Shown here piece after piece: positions 39,201-54,200 of a stretch of DNA of 64,000 nucleotides. This DNA is from Catajapyx aquilonaris (Eukaryota), in contig KZ538006.1 of NCBI GenBank assembly GCA_000934665.2, forward strand, positions 186,001 to 250,000. Direction: 5' to 3'. The notes beneath the pieces are model-generated. The model made no database searches, was not told the origin of the DNA, and saw only the letters and a program-made list of their open reading frames with translations. The position numbers and the translations under genes are program-made. Position 1 is the stretch's first letter. Each line of letters opens with the position of its first letter.

Positions 39201-42200
39201 AATAATAATAAGATTTTTGTGTAATACTGCTAAAGAGTCATTGTTCTATTGTAGACAACACTAATCACGCAGTATTTGAATGGGTTTGAAAAAAGCGGTA
39301 CATGTACTAATTTCTGTACTCATAGGATTTTAAACTGAAGCCACTGAAATAGTAATTAATTCCAACAAGCAACCAAAACTAATGTAAAAATCACTTCGGA
39401 GCAATGAATCATATTACTATAACAATAGTAATTCCTGTCCTTTCTGGTCAAAACGTGCTCGTTCCACACCCACTACAACTAATAAAACACCTCATGAAAT
39501 TTTCCTTATTAGAATATTAATTAGTTAATTATAGGAATTATTTTAAAAAAACCATAAAAGGAGGCAGCATTTCCAATGTTTACGCACCTAAATTTATTAT
39601 CCATTTCGTTTACAAAAAATGATTACCGTATGTCCTTATTTTGTTTAACATACTAATTTCTGCGAATGAAACTGCGGTTTGCTTGTAACAAAATGCTATT
39701 GTGCAATTGTGATCAACAACTTTATTCAAGACAATAATTGTCTTGAATAAAGTTGTTGCACAATTATTGTAGACTACATTTTGCATTGTATTACGATCTT
39801 TCTCAATCATTCCGTTTAAAGTCCTTGAATAAAAGGACATTGACAGGAAAATGAGTGCTACACCACGTTTACTTCGTGAAGCAATGACTGGACGCACACG
39901 TGAGCAAGTTAAATAATGCAAGTCGGTAACTGAACTTCAGAGTAATGGACTCTATATTGACTAAATGAATCGACTGGTCATACAGTACCCATTCTTCGAA
40001 ATTGTTCTTCCGTAAACTTAACCCACGTGCTTCGTAAAAGGTCCTTGATCGCACACGACCATTGCGGTCAATTTTGAATTTTCTGCATGTCAATTCAAAT
40101 CACATAAAATGGACCACATTTTGCAAAAAAAAATGTAGTTGGTCACAGTTGTCCAAAAAAATCGCTTGTAGAAAGCCACTGCCACAATATAACCTACATG
40201 GTTATAGCGTTCAATAGTATTCTCAGAAAAGCAACACGACCTTTTCCCCCTCACATCCAATATTTATTGGACGTGTGGACATTTAGGATTTTCCCATTGC
40301 CCTGAAGGCCAACTCTAATCGGATATTCGTGGACAACGACCTGTCCAAATATTCACCTTGAGACATCCTTGCCCCTAAGAAGCCTTCTTCAACCACACTC
40401 TCGCTTTTTTTCTCTCTCTCCCTGGCACTTTCTTCAGATGAAGGGCATGGGAAATGTGATGCCTTCATTTGATATGGTCATTATGCATTACGCAATTTCT
40501 CATCCCAGACACAATTATGAGACCCTTTTCTTTACGTTCTTGAAAAAAAAATAGAGACATCTTCCTTCACCCTGCGACTTGAAGTTTTGCCCGTGATTTG
40601 CTGCTGTATCCGCCATAAGTTACAACATCTGTGAAAACTCGCTGAACTAGTTCCATCAATTAAGACGAGAGATCGCATTAAATTTTCCGTAATAGTCTGG
40701 AGAGCCTCGGGTAATTGTTTTTCTGCTTATTCCTCCAACTGATGCTGCCACCATTTCAGGAAAGGAAAACGTACATGGGTAATAGTAAAGCAGCAGAAGG
40801 CAGCCAAGTTTGCTCTTGTAACACGTGATCCGGATAGAGGACAAAAGGAAAGCGAATTCCGACAAGGGAAAAGTAGACTGGGATCGGTGACCATTACGAG
40901 CAGATTTGCTCAGGGGAGGGTCGCATTTCGTCACACAGGCTGCAATAAATCGGGGGAACAGTTGGCATCGTGTTATAGCCATAGCGTGCAATATACGGTA
41001 ATTTCCTATTGCATGAGGTGCGTTTCAAAACAGCCCGGAGAGAACAGCAGGTTAATAAAATAATATTATCAATCGAGCACATTCTTGCTACTTTTCCGTT
41101 CAATCACTGTGTAATGCATGATTTTTTCTTGAAAATTATACCCTCAAATCCATAAAAAGGCATCTGCAATAGGATGTTATTATGCTTAAGTACAATGTTT
41201 GAAGTACGCTTAGCTTACTGCATTATTATTATCATTCTGATCCATAGTGGTGATTGTACAAGTATTAGGCTGCTCTGACAAAAACTGAAAATGTGTCTCA
41301 TCTTTCATTAGTACCGGCGGTATAGACTAATAATGCATCGGAAAAGCTGATCTTGAATTATTCTGCAAGGTCATTTTGTGCTTACAGTTAGTATCACTAC
41401 ACAAAGCATACCCTGAAGGATCATGTATGAGGCTGAGAAGAAATAATCAATTACAGCAGCTCTGACATGCCAATAGTTCAGCAATTATCTGATGAAAAAT
41501 TGCACGCGTTTTCATATAGCATTCCAGACCTTCTAAGTTACCCAAACAACCACACATTACATTTTTCATCACGCGACACTCAGCCGCTTCTTCCTTCAAC
41601 CTGTGTTTTTCAATAAATATGTAAAAATTCCGCAGGAAGCAATCACACCTACGTGACCCGAGGCGGGAAGAAAGGAAAGGTGTACAGACTACGGAAGGAC
41701 TTTTTTTCTTCAAGTCCTACGTTTTTACTATACCGTTACCAAGACATACATGGCAAACACTCTCGGGAAAGTGAGATTTTCTTCTCTATACTAGCTCGAT
41801 CCACAGAAAACTTTGCACTGTAGTACATCGCAGATTGCAGAGATGTATAAAAGGTGCTGCGGAAAAACAAACAGGTGGAGAGTAGGGCGCACGACGTGGC
41901 TAAAAATATTGCTTCTATAGCTGATGTTGATATGGAAGTTTCTATTCCGACACCGTTATGCGCATCACCCATTTTATCTACTTTCTTGCGAAGGAGACCA
42001 TCCGTGGAATGTATACAAAGTATGATCTTAGCTCAAATGTAATATTATAATATATAGATGTGATAGCAATTTTTTTTGTTGAACTCAAAATTCGAGCGAT
42101 GCCATTAGTTTCCGCAAAGTGGTGACCTAGTTGAAAACCTGCAACGTCATAAATACATCATTTGCTTCCTGATGCCTCAGGTTAAGAAGCAATTTCGCTG

Positions 42201-45200
42201 TCGCTTAACAGAAAACGTAAAACTATAATGGGAAGAGCTGCTAGCAAAATATAGTTTTCTTCCGTCTCGTCCGGGTGTAACTCGAACAAATTTCTGAAGT
42301 ATAGAAACATTACGTCGGAGAAAAAAAATAAACGCGTCCCTTAAGATGGGCATAACCAAGGCGGGTAAACACTCCGTTATCTCTGGAGGTTGAAGGCCTA
42401 TTAAGTATCCAAGGCCAAGGTGAGGCCTCCGATGCGTACAAACGGTTTCCCAGTGTTCAATATTGCATAAAACAGTTGCAGCCAACCCGTTAAATAAGAG
42501 CACTGCTCGTTTGGTATTTATATAACTGTTCATTGACACAACGTACCTATTGGCGGTCAGAAAATATACTGTATTTCACATGCAGGAATTGTAAGTACCG
42601 TAGCATCGTAGGCCAGTTAGATTGACATTTTATCAATTTAAATTCAATAATATCTACTCTTACACTACTGGAAAAATACGTATAGATCAATATTGTAAAA
42701 AATATATAGTAAGTGTAGCTGTAAGATATTTATTCCGGATTACAATGTTTTAATGCGTTATTCATCAAGAATAGTTTCTGACAATGACTAACTCCAAATA
42801 AATTTGGTTAGATAATCTGGAGCAACACTTTCTTTGCCATGCATTTTCAGGTCGTTTGTTCTATCATCTTGTCAGGAGAAGTAAATATGCGAGCTTTTGT
42901 GTTGCATTTTGTAAACACGGGTCGTTAATTTACAGCGTACAAAACTGATAACAATGGGCAGAAAATTACAAAATGTAGGTTAACAATGCCTATAGACAGT
43001 GAAAGGTACATATAATTCATATTAGTGTCAAGGAGGTGGCAGCATATGTCTTTTCGTATATTACACATGAAACACCGTTGACTTTCCCATCCTTCGGTCC
43101 GAAACAGCTTTGTACTTAATTACAGTCGTTTTTTTTCTCCTTGCGTTTTTAATCTGCAGTGAGATGTAGGCATTGCTCAATGATGGATTTCAGCACCATC
43201 CACTGGTCAACTCTTGCTAATTGTTCACGTCTTGTCTCTGAGGAAATGTGCAATATTGCTCATTTTGCATATTCGTGTGAACAACAGACATTCCTGCTTA
43301 CCACTGCAACTCTTTTTTAACATCCATGGCTGCACAACTTGGCCACCTAATTTTATTTAACTCTTATTTTTTTCTAAATGCCTGCGACCCTTTTTTGTTC
43401 AACTTCCTGACAGTAACTCTAAACAAGTGCTACTTATTGTCATTATTCCCACCTTCCCTTGGACATTTCCGGTGCACATCACTTGCGCAACATGGCCACC
43501 ATCAGCAAGCCTTGTTTTCTACTGATTGTCTCTTCTAAAACGGTTGCGGTTTGGGCGAAAGTAGGCGAAAGTGAATTTTGTATGCATGGTGCCCACTGCC
43601 CCAATCTGCTGCACTTTTGGAGACAAAAAGCGCGTATAATAACTTCCGTCGCAACCAAGAAAATTGCAGCCCGGGCATGGAATTCCGATACAGCTTTGAT
43701 TATTGCTCCAGCCCCATATTATAGGGGAGTGAAGGCTTCCCATAACAATGCAGCTATCAGAAAACAATTGATTCCACGTCTGGTGCGGTACTTGCGCTGC
43801 TCATGTGGTTGCATGATGAGTATTGGCCAATCCAGCACGCGAGGACAGAATATTTCTGGCATGCGCTGGATATACGAACTTGATGAGAAAGCAACTTTTG
43901 CAGTTGGAAAAAAAAATAACAATAATGGCATTGGGCGGATGTGAGGTCTGTCTGATAATCATTCTTTTGCACCTGCATGCGATGGTTGGCATTGAAGCTG
44001 TAATTGTTGTGTCATGTACGTTACTGCGTACAACTTTGCCTGTAAAGAAGGTATGCACTATACAAATCTGGCTTCTCTTGAGCTTACTTGGTGATCGATA
44101 CAAAAGGAACAGCCTGCAACACCATCCTTACATAAATTCCTAACAGAATAATCGGTAACGAAGTTAATGCGACGTTCCGTAGAATTCAGGAACCATTACA
44201 GTTTGCCTTGGGGAAAACAGTGTGAATTTTCTGGAACGACAATTTAGACTCTGCGGTTCTGGTCTTGTTGCTCGCTTTATTGCAGAAGGCGTGTCGCTAA
44301 CTTGATTCAATAGGCCCTGCATGTCGCAAGGACTTGGAATCAAGCTGGAGGAACATTTGCAAATCATATTAAGACGATGGGGGTCATCACTGGCGCGACT
44401 AGACAGGAATTAATTTGCCTAACGTATCACATAACTTTAAGCCTCCGTGTGTTAATGATTAAACTCAATGCCAACCTCCACCTACATCGGGGAATTTAAA
44501 AAAAAAAGAACCTAGTGTGTCTGTCGCCAAGCTCCGTTTATACGAGGACCGTAAATGTCCAAACTTCACCACTATCGGGTTGAGGGAAAAGGACAAGTGC
44601 AAAACGGCCATTAAGACCTGATGACACTGTTTGTGCATAACTTGCAGTTGAACTGAATCCCAAATCCCACAATTATTTGCTGGTTTAAAAATATGACTAG
44701 TTCCTTCTTCCCTACACCAGGGGCGCTGGCTCTCCCTATTGCGCAGGCGCAGAACGGGGGCCAATCTTTATCATAGAAGCATTTTTCATTCCGCTCACGT
44801 CTGATTATGTTATTATTTGAGTGCACTCTATACCATAGCATCATGTTTTGCTCGTTTTTCTTAGTGTGCACAACATACCTGGATACTCAGTAACCTCGTC
44901 ACGTACCAAGTGCATGTGCAGCCTCTCTGCATCTTATAGCAGCAGGTGGGCAAGGTTAAGCCTCCCTCCATCACGATCAACGTGATAAAAAGGCTCAAAT
45001 TGAACACCACCTCTTGAAAGGTTGTCCGAACGACACATTCTGGTCACGACCATTTGGAGAGAGGTCAGCAGAGGACTTCTGCCTTTTGGGTTTGCCCTCT
45101 AACTTCTTAACAAGGGTGTGTCCCCCCCCCCCTTTTTTAAATCTTTGGCACAACCAGTGTGAATAACCCGATCTCTCATCCGATGATTCGAGGGACTAGC

Positions 45201-48200
45201 CACAGAAAGATGGCCGCTTGGTGATAAAACCATGGCGACGCGTTCCCGACGGGCTATTCCTGTCTCATAATCCCATTTCCTAATTTATGTCCCACCTGCC
45301 TTCCGCTGATTATTGAACTGCAAAAGTCATTTATGAGAGGTCAACCCGGCTTGCAGGTCGAGGCATATTGTAATGCAATCATTACGAGTAACGATGTGAG
45401 CAAAATGCGAATTGTTGCAGGACATGCGATTGTCTCTCGCGGAAATGTCGCCGGAAATAAACAAGATCAGATTTTTTTTGGCTGAGAAACTCATTTCGGG
45501 TGCGCAGTTGTTACCCTTTTTGTAAACAGCCCGAAGCTTAATTTCCTCATCACATGGTTTGTTACATACTATAATTTTTATATATTTTGCGGAACATACG
45601 TAGTGCTCGATCACATGTTGCGTTCGAGGAATGTGGCGCATTTGGCTCAAGATTTGTTGTTCTACTTGGGTCCGGAAAAAAAAATTGACGTCAATTGAAC
45701 AGTTGTCTGCGCAATTTGGGTTTTGTTCACTCTTTACATGTTACATAGGTTATGTACTGGTGTTTACACGTTTGAGTGATAATTTTCCATGAATTGACTC
45801 AAAGGCTATTTGGAAAAAAAATTGGCAATGGCTTTTTAGCATAATTCTCACATTTTCTACAGTAAAACGTGGGAGCTTCACTGTTATGTTCAATGCTAAG
45901 TCCGCAAGGCACACGCAGACTTTCTCACTTTTACTTGTGAAAACTGTAACAAACTGGGTGTTACGGATTCACTTAACACATGATGGAAGAAGAGCGCTTC
46001 GGAACAGGGAAAGCTGATCAGTGTGCTTTACACCAATTTGTTTCTCAGTCATGTATAGCATTCGCGAACCAGTTTATTCGCAACGCTTAGAATCAATGAT
46101 GAAATTCTTATTTGCGATTACTTCCCCATTCAGTCTGATAAACACGCCAATTAATATTACCAGTGACATTTACTCCAACTAGTTACTGATGTAAGTCCAA
46201 CACAACCTTACACTCTGGATGTCACTCAATCTAAGACCACAAATCAATTTATGGACCAATAAGCAACTAGTTAGTGATGAAACGACCTATGATGTTTACA
46301 AAGAATTAAAATGACGCTTCAAACTCCCTATACGTGATTCCCATCAGTAATGACACCGACCAATTACGGCACATTGTGTATATCTCCTTGACACGAGATG
46401 CAACGTGATGCTGTGATTTAATTCCCTCCTCTTTTATTCCCAGTCTACATGCCACGTAATTTTGCTCATGGCCAGGTGAGAAATACCACTCAAGTTCAAG
46501 TTCGAGGACATTCTATAAGACGACTAAGGTTTTCCAAGGGCGTACAGAATTCATTCACGGCATGTTACATACGGGGCGTTGCCTCTTCTCCAAAGGCGCT
46601 CAGCCGAGTTTTATTATTTCTTATTTCGGATGACTAGTCCCGATTGCTTTCCGCAGCTAAAGACTAGATTTATGGTGGTTTGAAGGAACTTGTCGAGAAA
46701 TCACTCATGCGATGGGAATGCAAAGCGATGGGGGCATAATTATATTAACAGGTGGCTTCGGGAGTACCTGTTGCTCGACATCGAAGGTGACTGAACCTTT
46801 ACTTCTTCCAAATGACTGCTAATATTTAACTCAGAATAACTGCTTAGAGCCTATTGGACTTGCCCATGACTGCTGCGTAAATCTAACCCTGACATTGCTC
46901 AGATGCATTTAAAAAAACGTCATGGTCTAGCACTTGCCTATTAAAAAATGGGGTTCTTCCCATAGGAAGGGCGATTCCCATAGGTACTAACCTCATCCAA
47001 TGCGCAATGGTTTGAGAACAGATCAGTGTGAACAAGGTCTAGTTCGTAGTTACATTTCATCGCCTCCAGGCACAATTTAAGTCTTAACCACGTTTCAATT
47101 AGAGATGTTGTGGAAAATAGGGAGTGAGAGTCTGAGGAAAAAGTGAACGAAAATTATTGGGCCGCAATACTATTCAAGTAGCTATAATCATGATCGTGAG
47201 AAGAAGCGAAGGAGTGAAGAGGACACGCCCTTCTCACCAATGGAAACTAGTTCATCACGGTCGTGTAGGTCTACACAACGGGATTCTGTACCATATTTTT
47301 AAGTTCGAAAAACTGCAACCGTTTCCAATATTATAGCCTGCTTCCATTTCTCCAACATATGGCTTTCACCGTCTGGTGATATCAGCCGTCATTAGCCACA
47401 TGTATGTTATCGTGATCGTACTGGAAACGTCACAGTTTTATGGCGCCATTATTTATTTATTTATTGAAATAGTCTGTTGGGTTTCGATTGTGGAAAAACC
47501 ACATTTTCCACACTAATTCATAGGTGGAGAAATGACAAAATCTTAATCTAAAATATTCTCCATTTTTGATGACATTGGCTGAAAAAAGTGCTTTTGACGA
47601 TATGCAAATCGCTCTCTCTATATTCCCCTTTTGGCTAACTTTTATAAAGTGGATTCCTCAATTATTGGGACGAACGAACTGGCGGCGAACACTTTAATGA
47701 GTGGACGACCTGGTCGTCAGCATGCAAATTGGTTGAGGGTATTGGAGCCTGCGAGCGTTGCAAAGAGACCAATCATGGGCATGGGAGACAGGTTGACAGC
47801 TGCACGTTTTGCTACTTTTTCCTGTTTCAGTCGACACAACAGGAGAAGGCTTCTGCATTCCACAAACGACACTTCCTGAACATGTAAAAATTATGATGTT
47901 TATTTGGGTTGAATTCACTCATGAATTATTCAAGTAAAGCCGGATTATTGGACCGATTATCGGAAACAAGTCTGTTGCATTGTTAATAGAAGGGGCTGTG
48001 TTAAAACCAGCTGGATTCTAAATTATTGATAAACTTTCCTGTGGATGTGTCAGTTGACAGCTTAACATGGTTTCCACTTCAACAAGTACCGCTAGTTTTG
48101 CACCTGATGTCATTTGACCTCGCCTGATGTTATGTCACAAGAAGCAAGGTTGACTTTTTCATCAGGGTCAAACTTTGCAAGGTTGAGGTCACGTCTTGAA

Positions 48201-51200
48201 GTAGAAAAAAGAAATCGCGGGATATCCCGAAAAGATGACATAAATCTGATATGGTGAAAGTCCCTGAAACAATTAGTGATAAAAAAAGCTGTTGAGATGA
48301 AACTGATTACTCGCATAAGCGGCTATAAAAAAGTGCATCCCGGATGTGTTATTTTGGTGCAACTTGACCATTTTATACCGTGCAATATTTCAAATCACAG
48401 TTTCATTATTCGGTACTCTCCAAGAGTTATATTCGGACAGTGTTCGCACGCTGCAGAATTAGCAAACAAGGCTGATGTCAAGGGTGTAAGTTATGCATTA
48501 GAGTCTGCCACACACATTAAAGCTCACATTTAAACTTTAAATGCTCGTTTCGAAACGACCTTAATCCTATCACATATATACTTCTAGGATTACATCTAGG
48601 ATGTATCTAAATTGCTCGGAATTGAAATACAGGTGTACCTGTAAGTGATGCTGAAAAAATAGCGAACTTCTTCTGGTTTACATGAAGCGGCCATAATTTT
48701 AGCCAAGGTGAAGGTAGTCATTTGCATAGTTAATGGTCCTGTTTTATGGTGTAGTTTTGCGCCTCATTTGTAAACCAGTTATAGGTGCCAAAAAGGACGT
48801 GCTAATAGTGAACTCTTGCCTTCGTTTTCCGACCTTCTGCTCCATACAAATACCGTCTAAAAACAGTTCAATGCTGAACTTTTCGCGAAGTAAGGAATGT
48901 TTGGTATATAAAAAACCCGATTTTCCACAAACGTAACTCTTGGTTCCATTGTTGGGCAGGTTAAGGGTTAATCGCAGTGAAAGGAACACAGGAACCAAAA
49001 AAAAAGGATGTTTATTTAGAAAAGAGGAAGAGTGCCAGGAACAGAAATCACTAGTATCAGACGCGCTTTCCCTTATCATCCGCCACCAGCAGTTCTAATA
49101 GCTTGTCGTAACTATTAGCTATTTTAAATCCAATTTAAGAGCAGGAAATGCGATTCCGTCAGATGAAAGTTAAGGTGCAATCAGACTTTTATCTGCATGA
49201 AACGACCAGATTTCTCGTATAAAAGAGACATGTATGTTACAACTAGTTTTCCTGTCGTCTAAATTGCTTTCTACACTTCCACTTTTACCAGCACAACTAT
49301 TGTGTACTACAAGTTCTATTCAGATTGTCAATGAGCATGACGTTACATCACCCCCTTAATCCCGTGTGGTGTATGCCTCGGTGCGTGCATCCTGTGATAC
49401 TCAATTCCGTTTTTTTCAACTATACAATGGTAGTCACGTAATCTACCTGAGAGGACCACTTTTGGGCTCGAAAAATGCTAGGAAAAAAAACAACAGTTTC
49501 ACAAGATATGTGCAGAGGAAACTGTCTTGCGGATACAGCAAAAATGAAGTCAGATTCGTGACGTCAGGTGAGGGCGACGCCTTAATTTCGCAGCTTTCTC
49601 CATGTAGCAAAAGCTGTATTATGTGAATTAAATGTGAACGACCCACTTGAGATTAAATTAGTTTTAAAAATAACCGAATAATTTTAATCGTCCAATTTAT
49701 TTGATTATTTATTCATTGCATATGTTTGTGGATGATTGTTTTTGAGATAGGTTTTATCCTGTGGTATGGATTTAAAAAAAACGGAGACGGATTCTCCCAG
49801 GGTCAACCCGGTTAGGATGCGACCCCCTTTTTTTTCCTCTCTCGGGGGTTACCTTGTACCTGAATCTACCTGGGCTTCTCTGCTGGTCGTGTATGCCAGG
49901 CTCCAGAGTCCACACCCACCGAACTCATCCCACATGCATTCATTCATTTGCCACCTGCTTTCCTAACGCTACGGAAGCGTCCACACCTTGCTCGGACTAG
50001 ACATGTGAGTATGAGTTTATTTTGATAGGAAAATGTGACACGTGAGAGGAAATAATATTTGGTTTGATAGTGTGAAAAATGTGTGTCGCAAAAGCGGATG
50101 TGTGAGCAGTCCTTGTTTAAAAAAAAGTGACAGCCAGTGAGTTTAAGAGGGCAGAAAATTTAGCCTAATTTTAGTTTCAAAATCTGATATGGAATTTGTT
50201 GGAATTTATGGAACCTGTGGTAGATCCATTTTTATAATCATAGGCACGGAAGAAATAGTACCGTGACAAAATTGTTAACTAGGAAAAGTCCTATTATGGG
50301 TGTAATATAAGATATAGCTACTTAAGAGAGGTAATAACCGTGACATTAAGAGACCAGTGCGGTGCAGCGTAATATTGCGACTGAATAAAAGTGACAAAAC
50401 ATAGGCCCCGGTACATGCTGGATTTTCTGCTGTGTAGCACGCTAACATTCAGTATTTTTACCTCAAGGTTCAGAAGTGTACTGTAATCCTGCTGTTCCCA
50501 CCACTTTTTTTCCATGTTGCAAAATTTTATTTTTGAAACTTACCCGAGATGCTGTGCACCGCTTTCTATTATTATTAAAGACATTTGGAAAGAATATGTC
50601 CACGTATATTATCACTGAGATACTATTTTGCGACATGTTGCTTTTAACAGGCCGTGACATATCACAAAAATGTAGAAACTGGCAAAATGTTACAATCTAG
50701 GCCATTATACCTGGTTAGCATCCTCGTCCTAATGTATCATGCTTGACTTGTCTCCCTGTAACACACTTTTTATGACATCCACCTTCACCAATTATTTTTC
50801 ACAAATTCCAGTTACTTGACAACAACGAAAAAGATATTGTTCTAGTTCAATGTAACATATCCGGCAGGAAATAAGTGCAACTACTGCAGGCCTGGAAATT
50901 ACAGATTAGGGTGCCAGTCATTACCTCGTTTTTTGTGTTTAATCTGTAAAAAAATACATTCCCGTTACAAGGAGAACTGGTTGACCTAGCAATAGCCTTA
51001 GGCATTCACCACATTGTATACAATTCCACCTTAACGTCTTATGTAATCTGACAGACCTACACTCTATTAGAGCACATATGCAAAATGCTATAATACAATC
51101 CAGATTCATCTCCATAAATTGCAATCTTCTAGTTGGCATACAGTAACATCTACATTACCTTATGTCATTATTAACTACGTAATACTCAAATTCTATTCCC

Positions 51201-54200
51201 ACAGTACAGTACTTTTAAACATTATAAGCTGACCATTCAATTAGTCGTGAATAATCGCGTAAACTCGCTATCGAAAACAAGTAAACACGTGGCGAATTTA
51301 TCTGTGTCACGGACCTGAGAGGTTTCTGCCACGGAATAGGATTGGGTATATTAAATATTCAAGAGTGTGATTGAAAGGTCATTCTGTCTGATGCGAAAGG
51401 TCGTCTCGAGGCGTGACAAAGTCAAGGGGATGGAATCACCATTATTTTCCATGCCAAAAGTGTGTAATTACAGCCTTGGTGCTGACTAGGATGGACAGGT
51501 AGTCAATCCGTTCGAACAAAACCTTGAGAAATCTCAATCACACTGTACTGGTATACGATTGAAACACCGAGGCATTGACCCTGACATTGACCTTGCAGTT
51601 TTTATGCAAAGAAATATCTGCAATAAAGCCATATACTGATGAATAATGAATGCGCAATGTCAATAATTTCAAAACGTGTTGCATTATTGAAAAGCGTGCC
51701 AATAATACAACACATTTTTCATACTGACCAAGTTTGCTGCGGCTACAATTGCATGTCATTGTCTAAGTCGCTTTATAAAGTAGGGAAATGCCCCATCATT
51801 ACCTCCTTAATGATCTCGAAGGTTAATGAAAAGTGGGCGCCATTTAAAAATAAACGTCAGTGGCCCGCCCTATCTATAACGAGTTTCATCTGGCCACATG
51901 AAGGAAATAATTATTAGCTCCGGGACAGAGAAGAGAGGAACCGTAACCGTTTTCCTCGTTGGGACATATAAATTAACCCAATTATCTTAGGACTGGGTTG
52001 GAAGCCTGACAAAAACCTCCGGATTGTAATTTTATCTAGTTAACGTTGGCACCGCCACTGACTCAGGCTACAGTTGGCAGGATTTTTATTTTTAAAAAAA
52101 CTGTAATAGTTTTTGCTGCTACAACTTTCCGGATGTATATATTTTTAAAGGCTTCCAGCGAGACAATTTGCCTAATGCTAATTTTATTCCTTAAAAACTT
52201 ATCTGTATTCACACTCTTATCCATTCTTGAGATTCATATATGCATGAGGTTGGGAGTAAACGTAGTACAGGATAATAAATAATGCCTAGAGTTGAAGGAC
52301 ATTTCCTGCCAATATTTATGTAGAAACTGATAGTATTGAACAATATGGTACGACATATTGAACTACTTAATTGACACTTTTGTTGACCTTCTCCTCACAT
52401 GCAAATAATATTTTTCAATTGCAAATTATTATTATTTTGACATTTTCGTGCCGACAGTGAATTATGCTGCGGATTTCAATATTCCGAGACAGAACGTGAC
52501 AAGGAAGAATTTTTCGCCACAACTCTCTCTCTCTCTCCTGATACAGACCACGACCTGCCCACCGTGTATGCAGGACACTCTTTTTTATTATGACTGAGGT
52601 GGAAACAAGAACAACATTTTCTCTCGCTCATTCCCTTTTGATTCCCGAGAGTGTCACTTCCCCGTGACTGGAATCGGCAATCCGGAAAGAAGCATCGTTG
52701 CTTTCTGATGTATATATATTTTTCCCTACTCCCCTTACATAATATTCTATCAACCTTGTCTCACATCCCAAAGGTATTTCCTGTGTACACTGTAAAACCG
52801 CACGTGTTTGACATTTGTGGGTTTTTTGACGTGAGAAAATTCGCAATATGGGATCAAAAACACTCAGAATGTTAATATCTGAATAATTTACAGCTCAACT
52901 TATTTGTCGCTCTATTTATTAATTACTTACAGTGTACTTAAATCCAGTGTATGAAGCTATGTAATTGATTAATGTCTGGCACTCGTTGACTCCGATTTGA
53001 CCTTGTCAGGGTGACGGAAATGAAGCGCAATAAAAGCCAGACTTTTCCATTTACCGTCATCCGGTTTTTTTAAATAATTACTGGAAAAGAGGCATCCTGG
53101 ATTGCATAATAGTAATTACGACCTCGACCCGGCGTAAGAGGGAGAAAAAAATATGCATTAAGCTGCGTTTTGGCATTGTCGCAATAACCTCTTGACTGGG
53201 TCATAACTTACATTTATGACTATGGTTTATAGCATTATTACACTCTTAAGGCGCAAAGTAAAATGATTATCTCATAGACGTTCCTAACCTGCCACATTAT
53301 TCACTTGTGTACATTATGGAATATATCGGTTTATCAGGATAAGAAGGACGTATCTTAATTTTTATTAGTCATGAACGTGGTAATCCCGCTTCAGATTGAT
53401 GCGATAAGATAAACACCTGTGTCTTAGATTAAGACGAGTAATTTGAGGATGTGAATCAACATGCTAATGAGCTGTTTATTATTGTAGCACCCGAAGGATT
53501 TTTGCTCATAAACTTCAGGAAGCTAGAAATTAGGCAAGGTCGAGGCTCACATTTGTTTTCTGGCCAAAAAAAAACGAAGAAAAGAAATATCTGGTACAAG
53601 ACCCATGCAAATGACGTTCTCGAGGACGCCTTATGAATAATTCCAACCTTTCCTGTAATTTTAAGCGAAAAAAAATCATAGCCTAAAGAAAACACGACCC
53701 AGCAAAATTTTTCAGGGTTCCACAATTATTTTTTATAGAAGAGACATCCAGAGCGCTTTAAGGAGCATCGTAAAGCTTCCTTGATTGCTGTGCAAGGGGA
53801 AGGGGGAAAAAAAGTCTCCCCCATTTGCTATATAACCTAGAAGGTGGCAATTACTGTACTTGGATGGTGGTTCGCGATGTAGGAACGAACGTCTCTTCTT
53901 TCCAAAATGGTCCAGGAAAGGAGGATGGGATAGGGTTTCCGGGACACCCGGCGGAGATAATTTGACCTTTCGCTGAAGGCTTCTAGTGGAGGAGAGAAAA
54001 TTTCGCGCCTGAGCCAAGTTGTCGTATCGGTTGCTTTTAAGTGGGGACTTTGTGTCATTAGGAGGACTTGAGGGGCTGGGATTTGACACGATGTATGGTG
54101 TGTGCCCCCGCTGGGAAATGTTTCTTAGGTCGACTACTGTGTCAGAGCATGGTGTGTTATCATGGTGGGAAAAGTGAAGGTTGATTATAATGCGACATTG

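Noticed and set aside
43459..44143. 161-aa and neighbouring ORFs in the neprilysin intron
   Set aside because: Non-ATG starts, no domain similarity, no splice support.
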